Shown piece after piece: positions 28,968 through 38,845 of a DNA stretch of 64,000 nt (positions within the stretch are counted from its first letter, which is position 1; every line of letters begins with the position of its first letter). A program made the translations under genes and the position numbers. The notes under the pieces were generated by a model that saw only the letters and a program-made list of their open reading frames with translations, did no database searches and was not told where the DNA came from. Origin of the DNA: an uncultured Actinomycetota bacterium (GTDB lineage: Bacteria > Actinomycetota > UBA4738 > HRBIN12). Location of the stretch: positions 18,994 to 82,993 of the forward strand of contig CAWJFY010000007.1 in the NCBI GenBank assembly GCA_963842295.1, in the 5' to 3' direction.

Positions 28968-29540
28968 CTAGGGTTGGCGCGCGTTCCGAAGCCGGCGTGC
29001 GGCCGTCCATGCGAGCCAGACGGAGCGGAACGCGAAGCGCTCCTCGTCGTCCACACCCGCGTTCGACCATCGGAGGACGGTCAACACCGCCCGATCCGAC
29101 TCGAACGTCTCGTGGATCGGCTCGGGCATGTGCACGCCGGCCGGATCCACCACGTCCGTGTCACGGATCGAGTTCCTCGGCAGGCGGCCGAGCTCGACGA
29201 CGTCTTCCGAGTCCTGCTCGAGCACGAACACGAGGTCGAGAGGAAGCACAGCTGCGATCACCGGGGCGACGGCGCGCCGCATCGTCGGAAGCACGTTGAG
29301 CTGCGGCTCGCGAGGCCCCGGTTCCGGTTGGGGCACGACTCCGCACGGGAAGGAGTACTCCGCCCGGTTCCGTTCAAGCCATCGGCTTCGCGCCAGACGG
29401 CCCTGATCCTCCTCGTCCGGTTGAACCCCCTCGCGGAACATGTCCCCGGCGATACGCGACGTGGCGGCGTCCCCCGCCCCGTGGATGAACAGCGAACCGG
29501 TCGTGAGGCGCTCGACGTCGATCCCCTGCCATTCGAAGAA
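28968..29540 (-). CDS. Hypothetical protein
   Basis: Only the C-terminal ~190 aa of ORF 28968..29969 looks protein-like (VVPFFEWQGIDVERLTTGSLFIHGAGDAATSRIAGDMF...). The N-terminal part overlaps ppdK in another frame. Start is uncertain. Confidence 0.35.
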   Translation of the reverse strand, partial: FFEWQGIDVERLTTGSLFIHGAGDAATSRIAGDMFREGVQPDEEDQGRLARSRWLERNRAEYSFPCGVVPQPEPGPREPQLNVLPTMRRAVAPVIAAVLPLDLVFVLEQDSEDVVELGRLPRNSIRDTDVVDPAGVHMPEPIHETFESDRAVLTVLRWSNAGVDDEERFAFRSVWLAWTAARRLRNARQP

Positions 29541-29545
29541 CGGCA

Positions 29546-32230
29546 CTACTTCGAGGCGGACTCGGCCGCGCCGACCGCGGCCTGGCCGGCCGCCAGCCGA
29601 GCCGTCTCCACCCGGAACGGGGAGCAGCTCACGTAGTCGAGCCCGATCTCGTGGCAGAACACGACGCTCGCCGGGTCGCCTCCGTGCTCCCCGCAGATCC
29701 CGAGGTGCAGCGCCGAGTTCGCCGCGCGGCCCTCCTCGCTCGCGATCCGCATCAGCCGGCCCACGCCCTCGACGTCGATCGTGACGAACGGATTCGCCGG
29801 CACCAGCTTGCGCTCCTCGTACATGCCCACGAACTTTCCGATGTCGTCCCGCGAGAACCCGAACGCCGTTTGCGTCAGGTCGTTGGTCCCGAACGAGAAG
29901 AACTCCGCCGTCTCCGCGATCTCCGCCGCGGTGACTGCCGCGCGCGGCAGCTCGACCATCGTCCCCCACTCGAGGTGGGAGAGCTCGGTGTCACCCAGCG
30001 ACTCGTCGGCCACCGGCTCGAGCTCCTCCCGCATCTGCCGCAGCTCGGGCGCCGTCGCGACGAGCGGGATCATGACCTCGATCTTCGGGTCGCCGCCGTC
30101 ACGGCGAACCTGCGCGGCGGCCTCGAAGATCGCTTGCACCTGCATCGCGTAGAGCCCCGGCTTCACGATGCCAAGGCGCACGCCGCGGAGCCCCAGCATC
30201 GGGTTCGTCTCGTGCAGCTCGTTCACCTTCTGCAGCAATGCCTTCCGCTCGTCGACATCCTCGCCACGCGCCTCCGCCAGCGCCACCTCGACGGCCAGGT
30301 CGACCTGGTTCGGCAGGAACTCGTGCAGCGGCGGGTCGAGCAGCCGCACGGTCACCGGCAGTCCGTCCATCGCGCGGAAGATGCCCACGAAGTCCTCTCG
30401 CTGCAGCGGCGCCAGTGCGTCGTAGGCCTTCGCCTCGTCCTCCGCCGTCTCCGCGAAGATCATCGTCCGGACGGCCTCCACACGCTCTTCACCCAGGAAC
30501 ATGTGTTCCGTTCGGCAGAGCCCGATCCCCTCGGCGCCACGCTCGCGTGCGTTCCTCGCCTGCTCGGGCGTGTCGGCGTTCGCGCGCACCCGCAGCCGCC
30601 GCACCCGGTCCGCATGCGCCATCAGTGCCTCGAAGGCCTTCCAGATCTTCTGCTCGCGGGCCGCTGCGTCACCGGCGCGAGCCTTCTCCAACACCGACTC
30701 CTCGAGGGGCAGCTCGCCGACGTAGACGTTGCCCGTGAAGCCGTCGATCGTGATGACGTCGCCCTCCTGCATGGTCGTGCCGTTCGCCGAGAAGGTCCGC
30801 TCGGCCGGCGAGAGCTTGATCGCGTCGGCACCGCACACGGCGGGGATGCCCTCACCGCGAGCGACGACCGCCGCGTGCGAGTTGGTCCCGCCGGCGCTCG
30901 TGAGGATGCCCTGCGCCGCGATCATGCCGTGGTAGTCGTCGGGCGTGGTCTCGCGACGGACCAGGATCACGCGCTCGCCCTGCTTCCCGAGGCGCTCCGC
31001 CTCGTCGGCCGTGAAGACCACCTTGCCGATCGCGGCGCCTGGCGACGCGTTGAGGCCCTTCGCGATCGCGGCGGCGCCCTCGGCCTTGACGCGCCGCTTG
31101 AAGAGCTCCTCGAGCCGGTTCGCGTCCACTCGCAGCAACGCGGTGTCGGCGTCGATCAGCCGCTCCGCCAGCATGTCGTGCGCCATCACCCACTCGGCGA
31201 ACGCGGTCCGCTTTCCCACGCGTACCTGGAGGATCCAGAGCTTCGTCTTCTCGATCGTGAACTCGATGTCGCACATGTCCCGGTAGTGCCGCTCGAGCGT
31301 GTCCATGTGCTGGCGAAGCTCTCGGTACGACGCCGGGTCGATCGTCTCGAGCTCGACGATCCGCAGCGTGTTGCGGATCCCCGCCACGACGTCCTCGCCC
31401 TGGGCGTTCGGAAGGTAGTCGCCGTACGGCACCTTCTCCCCCGTCGAAGGGTCGCGCGTGAAGGCGACGCCGGTGCCGGAGTCCTCGCCGCGGTTGCCGA
31501 ACACCATCGCCTGGACGTTCACCGCGGTGCCGAGGTCGTCGGAGATCTTGTTCTGCCGCCGGTAGTCGCGAGCGCGCTTGCCGTTCCACGACTGGAACAC
31601 CGCCGCGATCGCCAGCCGGAGCTGCTCCTTCGGGTCCTGCGGGAACTCCTCGCCGGTATGCGTCCGGTAGATCCCGCGGAACTCCTCGATCAGCGCGGTG
31701 AGGTCGTCGGCATCGAGATCGGTGTCCTGGGTACCCTGCCCCTTGCGCTCCTTGGCACGGTCGAGGGCCTCTTCGAACGCCTCGCCGGGAACGTCCATGA
31801 CGATCTTGCCGAACATCTGGATGAACCGGCGGTAGGCGTCCCGGGCGAACCGCACATCGCCGTCCGACTGCTTCGCGAGCCCCTCGACGGACCGGTCGTT
31901 GAGCCCGAGGTTCAGGACGGTGTCCATCATCCCCGGCATCGAGAACTTCGCGCCCGACCGAACGCTCACCAGCAGCGGATCGTCGGGATCGCCGAGCTCG
32001 CGGCCCATCGCCTCCTCGAGGCGGCCGAGGTGCTCCCCCGCCTCCTGGAGCATCTCGGGCGGGGCCCCACCTCGCTCGAGGAACGCCAGGCAGGCCTCGG
32101 TGGTGATCGTGAACCCGGGAGGGACCGGCAGCCCCATGTTCGTCATCTCGGCGAGGTTCGCTCCCTTCCCGCCGAGGAGGTCCTTCATGTCTTTGTTGCC
32201 TTCGGAGAAGTCGTAGACGTACTTGGTCAT
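29546..32230 (-). CDS. ppdK: Pyruvate, phosphate dikinase
   Basis: MTKYVYDFSEGNKDMKDLLGGKGANLAEMTNMGLPVPPGFTITTEAC N-terminus; phospho-His domain (GGTNSHAAVVARG); PEP-utilising TIM barrel (CGE active-site region). Confidence 0.9.
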   Translation of the reverse strand: MTKYVYDFSEGNKDMKDLLGGKGANLAEMTNMGLPVPPGFTITTEACLAFLERGGAPPEMLQEAGEHLGRLEEAMGRELGDPDDPLLVSVRSGAKFSMPGMMDTVLNLGLNDRSVEGLAKQSDGDVRFARDAYRRFIQMFGKIVMDVPGEAFEEALDRAKERKGQGTQDTDLDADDLTALIEEFRGIYRTHTGEEFPQDPKEQLRLAIAAVFQSWNGKRARDYRRQNKISDDLGTAVNVQAMVFGNRGEDSGTGVAFTRDPSTGEKVPYGDYLPNAQGEDVVAGIRNTLRIVELETIDPASYRELRQHMDTLERHYRDMCDIEFTIEKTKLWILQVRVGKRTAFAEWVMAHDMLAERLIDADTALLRVDANRLEELFKRRVKAEGAAAIAKGLNASPGAAIGKVVFTADEAERLGKQGERVILVRRETTPDDYHGMIAAQGILTSAGGTNSHAAVVARGEGIPAVCGADAIKLSPAERTFSANGTTMQEGDVITIDGFTGNVYVGELPLEESVLEKARAGDAAAREQKIWKAFEALMAHADRVRRLRVRANADTPEQARNARERGAEGIGLCRTEHMFLGEERVEAVRTMIFAETAEDEAKAYDALAPLQREDFVGIFRAMDGLPVTVRLLDPPLHEFLPNQVDLAVEVALAEARGEDVDERKALLQKVNELHETNPMLGLRGVRLGIVKPGLYAMQVQAIFEAAAQVRRDGGDPKIEVMIPLVATAPELRQMREELEPVADESLGDTELSHLEWGTMVELPRAAVTAAEIAETAEFFSFGTNDLTQTAFGFSRDDIGKFVGMYEERKLVPANPFVTIDVEGVGRLMRIASEEGRAANSALHLGICGEHGGDPASVVFCHEIGLDYVSCSPFRVETARLAAGQAAVGAAESASK

Positions 32231-32302
32231 GGCCGAAGTCTACGGAACGAGGACTCGCCGGTGTACGCTCACCTCCTCACCGTTCACCTCACGGAGGATC
32301 TG

Positions 32303-32452
32303 ATGGCGCACGCGAAGGACAAGGGCGCGAAGAACGTCAAGAAGAAGGCCGCGAAGGGCATCAAGGAGAAGCGGGCCGAGAAGAAGCTGAAGCACGACGT
32401 CCGCCGGACCACCGGCGCCGTCGAGACCATCGGCGAGCGGTCGCCGAGCTAG
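32303..32452 (+). CDS. Small lysine-rich basic protein (49 aa)
   Basis: ATG at 32303 preceded by GGAGG with 4-nt spacing. MAHAKDKGAKNVKKKAAKGIKEKRAEKKLKHDVRRTTGAVETIGERSPS. It is the 3' end of the giant antisense ORF 29651..32452, but codon usage and the SD motif look genuine here. Confidence 0.5.
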   Translation: MAHAKDKGAKNVKKKAAKGIKEKRAEKKLKHDVRRTTGAVETIGERSPS

Positions 32453-33360
32453 GCGGGGACGAGGTCGGGCGTCGTCCCCGGTGCCACGCACGTCGCGATC
32501 ATCGAGCCGAACACCTCGTCGCACGCCGCCAGCGTTGATCCCGACCGAGCGGCCTCAACCACCTGCTCGATCGCCGCGAGCACCACGTCCGGGGCATCCC
32601 GGTGAACGAAATGCCCCGAGTCGGTCGCAACGACCTGGATCGCGTTCGATGAGAGAGCGGCGAGACGGACCTGGGTCCGCGAGGCCAGCTTCGGCACCGT
32701 CGCGAGCCACTCGTCTTCGATGATCCCGGCTGTCACCACGATGAGCGGGATGCCGCCGAGGTCCCCCGCGGCGTGAAGCTCTCGCACCGTCGCGTGGATG
32801 TCGATCCGGTCGGAGCCGTCGATCCACGGCCCCGCATCCAACCGCTCGTAGACGGGCACCTCAGGCTCGCTCGACACGTCGATCAACACCACGCCGGCCA
32901 CATCGTCCGGGTACTTGCCCTCGAACGCCCGGACGGGCATGCCGCCGTACGAATGACCCACCAGCACCACCGGTGGTTGGATCTCCAGGGATCCCACCAA
33001 CCGATGCAGCTCCTCAGCCATCAGCCCAGCCGTCACCTGTTCGCCGGTCGGCCGGTCGTCGCTTCCACCGGTCCCGGCTCGGTCGTAGGTGCACACCCGG
33101 GTGACTTCGTCGACCTGATGGATGAAGTCGACGAACTCGCTCGTGCCGGCGGCGCCGAGCCCGGCCTCGAGGATCACCGTCGGCTCGCCCTCGCCGCGGC
33201 ACTCGTAGGCAAGCTCGTAGCCGCCGACGTCGGCCCGGCCCCCCGCCGGCTCGGGCGAGGGCGAGACGTCCGACGACCGTGACGGGCTCGGCGCCGCTTC
33301 GCCTCCCCCGCATGAGGCCAGGGCGACCGCAGCCACCAGCGCCGCCATGATCGGTCGCAT
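32449..33360 (-). CDS. Alpha/beta-hydrolase fold lipoprotein
   Basis: Start at M43 of the track ORF (MRPIMAALVAAVALASCGGG lipobox); nucleophile elbow VLVGHSYGG. Confidence 0.65.
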   Translation of the reverse strand: MRPIMAALVAAVALASCGGGEAAPSPSRSSDVSPSPEPAGGRADVGGYELAYECRGEGEPTVILEAGLGAAGTSEFVDFIHQVDEVTRVCTYDRAGTGGSDDRPTGEQVTAGLMAEELHRLVGSLEIQPPVVLVGHSYGGMPVRAFEGKYPDDVAGVVLIDVSSEPEVPVYERLDAGPWIDGSDRIDIHATVRELHAAGDLGGIPLIVVTAGIIEDEWLATVPKLASRTQVRLAALSSNAIQVVATDSGHFVHRDAPDVVLAAIEQVVEAARSGSTLAACDEVFGSMIATCVAPGTTPDLVPA

Positions 33361-34664
33361 CACGAGAGCGACCGCAGGGCGGCCGAGACCTCGTTCATCA
33401 CGGCCTCCGACGACGCGAAGCCCGCGTGCACGCGATTGCCGTCCGCCGCCAGGACCAGCCCCGGCGCGGCGCCTTCGGCCATCCACTCGCTGAGAGCCCC
33501 ACTGAACGCCGTCGCGTCCATGGGTGTATCCCAGACGGTGCTGAGGATCACCGCGACGTCTTCGCCGTCACTCCAGGCCCGGTAGATGCCGCCGTCCCAG
33601 CCGGCAGCGGCCGTCTCCGCGACCGACTCGTCGAGCCGGAGGTTCAGGAGCGCTTTCAGCCACACCTCGCCCACGACCATCACGTCGTGGTCACGCCAAC
33701 CGGGGCCGAACGTGGGCGCGAAGTCCGGCACGTCGACTCGCTCGGACACGTCGTCCGGGTACTTCGACGGGTGCAGGACCTGCTCCGTCGTGGTCGGGAA
33801 CTTCCTCAGCGCGCGGTCGACGGCCGCCGGCCCGCCCTCGTCCGCCAGGGCATCCGCGAACCGCTGCCCTGCCGCGTACGGATAGGCGAAGATCTCGAGC
33901 ATCAAAGGAGGGACCTCGGCGGCCGGCCCGTCGCCGGATCCCGAGCCTGTGGCCGCGACCGGGAAGCGGAGCAGCACCTGGGTGGCGAAGTGGTTGGCGC
34001 TCCCCTCGACGATGCCCAACGCTGCCTGGAAGGGCTCGTCGTCGCATCGCACCACCAGGTCGTCCAGTCGGTCGAGGTCGAAGTGCTGGTCGTCGATCGC
34101 GTGCGTCAGCTCGTGCGCCAGTACGAAGTGCTCGAGACGATCGAGGTCGGCGTCGCCCGTGTAGACGAGCTCCCCGTTCTGCGAATCGTAGAAACCGAGG
34201 ACCTGCCCCTGTTGATATGCGTCGATGGCCCCGAGGATGCCGACGTCGCGCGGGATCGCGCCGATGGTCGCCCACGCATCGCTGCGACGAGCGTAGAAGC
34301 GCTTCGGGTAGTACACGTCGAGGTACTCGCGCAAACGCCGGTCGATCTCTTCGGGTGTGACCGGCTCGACGTTCACGCGTCGCTGGAACACGAGCCCCCT
34401 CACGGCCTCCACCTGGTTCTCCGCCTCCGCGATCGTGGGGGGCGTCGGAACCCTGGTCACAGGACCCTTGGGGATGTCGGCGGGGATGCAGAGCCGGCGC
34501 ATCGCCTGAATCGCCGTCGTCGGTCCCGTCTTCACCTCGACCACTGGGGGCGGGGAGACAGACGCCGTCCTCGACGGCTGCGGCTCGTCACCCTGCGTGC
34601 ACGTCGTGACCAGCAGCGATGTGGCACCGATCGCCACGAGTCGCCGTATCACCGGTCGCCTCAA
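33360..34664 (-). CDS. Putative zinc metalloprotease lipoprotein (HExxH)
   Basis: Signal/lipobox LLVTTCTQG; HELTHAIDDQHF zinc-binding motif. Family not identified. Confidence 0.5.
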   Translation of the reverse strand: MRRPVIRRLVAIGATSLLVTTCTQGDEPQPSRTASVSPPPVVEVKTGPTTAIQAMRRLCIPADIPKGPVTRVPTPPTIAEAENQVEAVRGLVFQRRVNVEPVTPEEIDRRLREYLDVYYPKRFYARRSDAWATIGAIPRDVGILGAIDAYQQGQVLGFYDSQNGELVYTGDADLDRLEHFVLAHELTHAIDDQHFDLDRLDDLVVRCDDEPFQAALGIVEGSANHFATQVLLRFPVAATGSGSGDGPAAEVPPLMLEIFAYPYAAGQRFADALADEGGPAAVDRALRKFPTTTEQVLHPSKYPDDVSERVDVPDFAPTFGPGWRDHDVMVVGEVWLKALLNLRLDESVAETAAAGWDGGIYRAWSDGEDVAVILSTVWDTPMDATAFSGALSEWMAEGAAPGLVLAADGNRVHAGFASSEAVMNEVSAALRSLS

Positions 34665-34836
34665 CGACGCCTCGAGAGAACCACGGCGCTCGCCGCCGCC
34701 ACCATGGCCAGACCCGAGAGCACCGCGGAGACGACCAGCAGACCCGTCGACTCGAGGAACCCTGCAGCGGAAACGCCAAGGGCGACGATCGCGCCGACCC
34801 AGAGGACGAACGCCACCGCGTAGACGATCACAGACG
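34661..34836 (-). CDS. Small two-TM membrane protein (58 aa), translationally coupled to glyQS
   Basis: GTG at 34836 overlaps the glyQS TGA (GTGA). [56 protein letters not shown]. Confidence 0.45.
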
Positions 34837-36201
34837 CTCCGAGAGAAACGCCACGAGCCCGTCGATCGGGAGGCGATCCTGGGTCATCGAGTCCCGCTCG
34901 CGGACGGTCACCTGCGCGTCCTCCAACGAATCGAAATCGACGGTCACGCAGAACGGCGTGCCCACCTCGTCCTGTCGCCGGTAGCGCCGGCCGATCGAGC
35001 CCGCGTCGTCGTAGTCGCACATCCACCCGCCCTTCACCAGGTCGAAGACGCGTCGTGCCTCCGGCGTGAGCTTCTCGTTGCGTGAGAGCGGGAGCACCGC
35101 CACCTTCGTGGGCGCCAGCCGCCGGTCGAGGGCCAGGTAGGTGCGTTTCTCCGTACCTCCCTTGGCAGTCGGCGCCTCCTCTTCCCGGTACGCGTCCAGT
35201 AGGAACGCGAGCACGGCGCGGTCCACTCCCGCCGCTGGCTCGATCACGTACGGGTGATACCGCCGTTCCTTCTCCTGGTCGAAGTAGGTGAGATCCTCGC
35301 CGGACGCTTCCTGATGCGCCTTCAGGTCGAAGTCGGTCCTGTTCGCGACGCCTTCGAGCTCGCCCCAGTCTGTGAACGGGAACCGGTACTCGATGTCGAC
35401 CGTGCGCTTCGAGTAGTGGGACAACTCGTCGGCGTCGTGTTCGCGGATACGCAGGTTCTCTTCACGCAGGCCCAGATCGGTCCACCAGCGCGTACGCTCA
35501 CCGATCCAGAACTCGTGCCACTCCTCGTCCGTCCCTGGCTCGACGAAGAACTCCATCTCCATCTGCTCGAACTCCCGGAGGCGGTAGATGAAGTTCCCCG
35601 GCGTGATCTCGTTGCGGAACGACCGGCCGATCTGGGCGATCCCGAACGGAACCTTCTTGCGGCTCACCTGCTGGATCGTCGCGAAGTCTACGAACATCGC
35701 TTGCGCCGTCTCTGGCCGGAGGTACACGGTGTTCTCGGCGTCTTCGATCGGGCCCATGTTCGTCTTGAACATGAGGTGGAAGTTGCGCGGCTGCGTGAAG
35801 GCCGTCTGCCCGCAGTTGGGGCATTTCGGCGCGCGCTCCATGTCGAGCGTGGTGTCGTCGGCTTCGTGACCCGACTGCGGCGAATGGAACCCGGCCAGGT
35901 GATCGGCGCGGAAGCGCTGATGGCAGTTCAGGCATTCGACCAAGGGGTCCGTGAAGACCTCGAGGTGGCCGGAGGCCTCCCACACCTTCGGCGACATGAT
36001 CACGGCGGCTTCGAGGCCGACCACATCGTCCCGCAGCTGCACCGTCGAGTGCCACCACTGCTCGCGGACGTTGCGCTTGAGCTCGGTGCCGAGCGGCCCG
36101 TAGTCCCACGACGAGCGGAGGCCCCCATAGATCTCCGAGGACTGGAATGCGATGCCTCGCCGTTTGGCGAGGGAGGTGACGGCCTCCATCAGGTCGGCCA
36201 T
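34828..36201 (-). CDS. glyQS: Glycine--tRNA ligase (class II, alpha2 type)
   Basis: Start at M61 of the track ORF ([45 protein letters not shown]); class II motifs and anticodon-binding domain present. Confidence 0.9.
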   Translation of the reverse strand: MADLMEAVTSLAKRRGIAFQSSEIYGGLRSSWDYGPLGTELKRNVREQWWHSTVQLRDDVVGLEAAVIMSPKVWEASGHLEVFTDPLVECLNCHQRFRADHLAGFHSPQSGHEADDTTLDMERAPKCPNCGQTAFTQPRNFHLMFKTNMGPIEDAENTVYLRPETAQAMFVDFATIQQVSRKKVPFGIAQIGRSFRNEITPGNFIYRLREFEQMEMEFFVEPGTDEEWHEFWIGERTRWWTDLGLREENLRIREHDADELSHYSKRTVDIEYRFPFTDWGELEGVANRTDFDLKAHQEASGEDLTYFDQEKERRYHPYVIEPAAGVDRAVLAFLLDAYREEEAPTAKGGTEKRTYLALDRRLAPTKVAVLPLSRNEKLTPEARRVFDLVKGGWMCDYDDAGSIGRRYRRQDEVGTPFCVTVDFDSLEDAQVTVRERDSMTQDRLPIDGLVAFLSERL

Positions 36202-36302
36202 GAGGACTCCTTTCCCGGCCGCTGGCTGCGGCCGCCGGCGTAGGTCCATGCTACCGGCGTGCGTAGTCAACCGGGTCCGGTGCGTCCCGATACCTGCTTC
36301 TC

Positions 36303-36593
36303 TTGATCTTCCCGTGGTGGGCTCTGGCGGTGCCCCTGCGGAGCATCTGGCGCAGGGAGCGAGTGGCTGAAGTCGCCTCACCGGGCCGCATCGAGCGGTT
36401 CCGTGATCGCCATCCTGGTCTCGATCGCGAGATCCACGTGGGACCGACCGCTCGGCTGGCGATCGTCGCTCTCGCCGCCGCCGCCGCGGTGGTGCTATCC
36501 CTCACGAAGCAGGATGTCGATCGCTACGTGTTCGCGGCACCCGTCCTCGTCGCCGGACTGACGGTCGCGCTCGCGAAGTGGAACGACCTGTAG
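36303..36593 (+). CDS. Possible small membrane protein
   Basis: Hydrophobic segments ([16 protein letters not shown]; [16 protein letters not shown]). No clear RBS. Weak call. Confidence 0.25.
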   Translation: MIFPWWALAVPLRSIWRRERVAEVASPGRIERFRDRHPGLDREIHVGPTARLAIVALAAAAAVVLSLTKQDVDRYVFAAPVLVAGLTVALAKWNDL

Positions 36594-36597
36594 CTCG

Positions 36598-37968
36598 CTA
36601 GTCCGTACCGGTTCGCGGATCGCCGGCCGATTCCTCCTGCGGCGGCGGCTTGAGCCTCTCCGCGAGCAGTTTCTTGCGGGCGGCTGCCGGCGAGAGGGCG
36701 CGGACAGCCCCCTCATCGCTTGTATCGCTGGGCTGCCGCTCGTGCTCGGCGAGCCGGAGGAAGTTCTCGAGGGCTGCGGCGTGGGCCTTCGCGTCTCTGG
36801 TCTCGGCGTCGGCCGTGTTCCCGGTGGAGGCGGCGTGTGACACTCGCCTCGCCTTCTGTTGCTTCGACGCTCGCCTCGGTTCCTTGCCAGCCGGTGTCTC
36901 CTTCGGAGTGGGGGGAAGGGGCTTCTGCTCGCGCGAGGCGCCGATGGGTTCGCCTGCGGCCGCGGCCACCCGGTCCTCGCCGACCTCGTCGACGACTTCG
37001 GAGTCGGGAACCTGGACGATCGCGGGCGCCGCATCGGAGGAGGAGGCCGCTGCCGGTGGAGCAGGTGCGGCGGGACGTGTCACGCTCGACTCGGCAAGCA
37101 CCAGGGCTCGTTGGATGTCGCCCTCGAGCCGCCTCCGAGCCTCCTCCGATTCGGAGAGCTTCTCCTGCAGCCGTTTGACCCTCTCCGCAGAGAGCCGATA
37201 TACCTCGCGGACGGCGTTGAGCCGATCATCGTCGATCAGCGAGAAACCCGCGGGGATCGAGGTTGTGGGCGCAACCCCGACGTTGATCGGCTGGATCGGA
37301 TCACGCAGAGACAGAGCGCTCATGGTGAGGAACAGCAGCACCAGGGCGCCGGCGAGGATCTGGTACCTGAGCCATTCGGAACGAACCGGCGCGATCGTCC
37401 CCTCATCCGTCTGGTCGATCTCGGCGACGGCTTCGTCCCGCAGCGGCACGTATGTCCTGAACAGGCTGCGTTCCGGATCTTCCGATCCCCCCGTGTCCGA
37501 GATACCGGAGGGACTGATCGGACCTTGTCGTGCGGCTGCGAAGACCAAGGAGTCGTTCAGGCTGGCTTTGGATCCGATATCGATGGGGTCATCCCGGTCC
37601 GTCGAGAACAAGAGCATCCCCTTGTCGGTCGACGACCAGACGCGCACGCGCTCGACCCGATCGTCGGTGAGGATCAAGAGACCGATGTACGCCTCGAGCG
37701 AATCCGCCGACTCGCCGGTGATCGGTTGGGTCAGATCGACGCTGTCGAGGCGGGGGCCGAGGACCCGGTCGACGTATCTGACGGCGCGGACCTCAGAGAC
37801 CGCACGCTGTTCGTCGAGAACCTGGCCCCCCATGATCAGCGCGTACGCGAGCCCGATGAGCGCCGCCAGGGCCATGCCGGCCCAGACGTATCTGCTCACT
37901 CCGTCTCTGGTGAACCGTTGTATCAGGCTCATCCGGCCCCTCCTCGCCGGTGCGGTAAATGGCGTCAC
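36598..37968 (-). CDS. Hypothetical bitopic membrane protein with extracytoplasmic domain, coiled-coil and disordered C-terminal tail
   Basis: Two TM segments (YVWAGMALAALIGLAYALIMGG; ILAGALVLLFLTMSALSL) flank an approximately 150-aa loop. A coiled-coil (RVKRLQEKLSESEEARRRLEGD) is followed by an Ala/Pro-rich tail. Confidence 0.5.
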   Translation of the reverse strand: MTPFTAPARRGRMSLIQRFTRDGVSRYVWAGMALAALIGLAYALIMGGQVLDEQRAVSEVRAVRYVDRVLGPRLDSVDLTQPITGESADSLEAYIGLLILTDDRVERVRVWSSTDKGMLLFSTDRDDPIDIGSKASLNDSLVFAAARQGPISPSGISDTGGSEDPERSLFRTYVPLRDEAVAEIDQTDEGTIAPVRSEWLRYQILAGALVLLFLTMSALSLRDPIQPINVGVAPTTSIPAGFSLIDDDRLNAVREVYRLSAERVKRLQEKLSESEEARRRLEGDIQRALVLAESSVTRPAAPAPPAAASSSDAAPAIVQVPDSEVVDEVGEDRVAAAAGEPIGASREQKPLPPTPKETPAGKEPRRASKQQKARRVSHAASTGNTADAETRDAKAHAAALENFLRLAEHERQPSDTSDEGAVRALSPAAARKKLLAERLKPPPQEESAGDPRTGTD

Positions 37969-38101
37969 AGGCGATGGTCACGCGCGTCCTCGGCACGATA
38001 CCGGGTTGGGCATCGGGAGCGACACCGCCGAACGACGGACAGGAGCTAAGCCTTGTGGAGGAGAGTGCGACCGAAAGACCTAGTCAGGATGCCCGGAGGG
38101 A

Positions 38102-38845
38102 TCACGGCTCGTCGGCGAGGCCACCGAAACGCCTCGAGCGCTTCTGGAAATCGCGGATCGCTTCGAAGAGGTGCTCGCGGTCGAAGTCAGGCCAGAACAC
38201 CGGCGTGAACCAGAGCTCCGAATAGGCCACCTCCCACAGGAGGAAGTTCGAGATCCGTTGCTCGCCGCTCGTGCGGATCAGCAGGTCCGGTGGCGGCATG
38301 TCGGGCCGGTACAGTCGCTCCGCGATCTTCTCCTCGTCGATGCTCTCGGGGCGGAGCGAACCGTCGCGGACCTCGCGTGCCAGGTCCTTCACGGCGTCCA
38401 CGACCTCGGCCCGACCTCCGTAGTTGAACGCGATCGTGAGGGTGGTCCCCGTGTTGGCGGCGGTGAGCGCCTCGGCCTCCCGGATCTCCTTCAGGACTGA
38501 GCGCGGAACCCGCCAGTTCCGCCGCCCGATGAAGCGGATCCGGACGTTCATCCGATCCAGCTCGTCACGGCGGCGACGGAGCAGGCTTCGGTTGAAGTTC
38601 ATCAGATACCGCACCTCGCCGGGCGGTCGGCGCCAGTTCTCGGTCGAGAACGCGAACACGGTGAGCCATGGGAGGCCCACCTGCACGGCCCCCTGAACCG
38701 TGTCCCACAGTGCCTCTTCTCCGGCGCCGTGGCCCTCGGTGCGAGGCAAGTCCCGCTGCTTCGCCCAGCGCCCGTTGCCGTCCATCACGATCGCGACGTG
38801 CCGCGGGATGCGGGCCAGATCGAGATCGTGGAGGTAGCTGCTCAC
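38102..38845 (-). CDS. uppS: Undecaprenyl-diphosphate synthase (cis-isoprenyl transferase)
   Basis: HVAIVMDGNGRWA, FSTENWRRP, RR...ELDRMNVRIRFIGR motifs. GTG at 38845 overlaps the recO TGA (GTGA). The Arg-rich N-terminal extension in the track ORF is an artefact. Confidence 0.85.
   Translation of the reverse strand: MSSYLHDLDLARIPRHVAIVMDGNGRWAKQRDLPRTEGHGAGEEALWDTVQGAVQVGLPWLTVFAFSTENWRRPPGEVRYLMNFNRSLLRRRRDELDRMNVRIRFIGRRNWRVPRSVLKEIREAEALTAANTGTTLTIAFNYGGRAEVVDAVKDLAREVRDGSLRPESIDEEKIAERLYRPDMPPPDLLIRTSGEQRISNFLLWEVAYSELWFTPVFWPDFDREHLFEAIRDFQKRSRRFGGLADEP

Noticed and set aside
29651-32452. 933-aa plus-strand ORF
   Set aside because: Antisense to ppdK. Arg/Pro/Gly-rich low-complexity translation typical of high-GC shadow ORFs. 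Only its last 150 nt (the Lys-rich micro-protein) looks genuine.
36202-36300. Possible T-box leader upstream of glyQS
   Set aside because: Only about 100 nt of leader. No recognisable T-box conserved 14-mer (AATTAGGGTGGTACCGCG-like) or specifier-loop structure.
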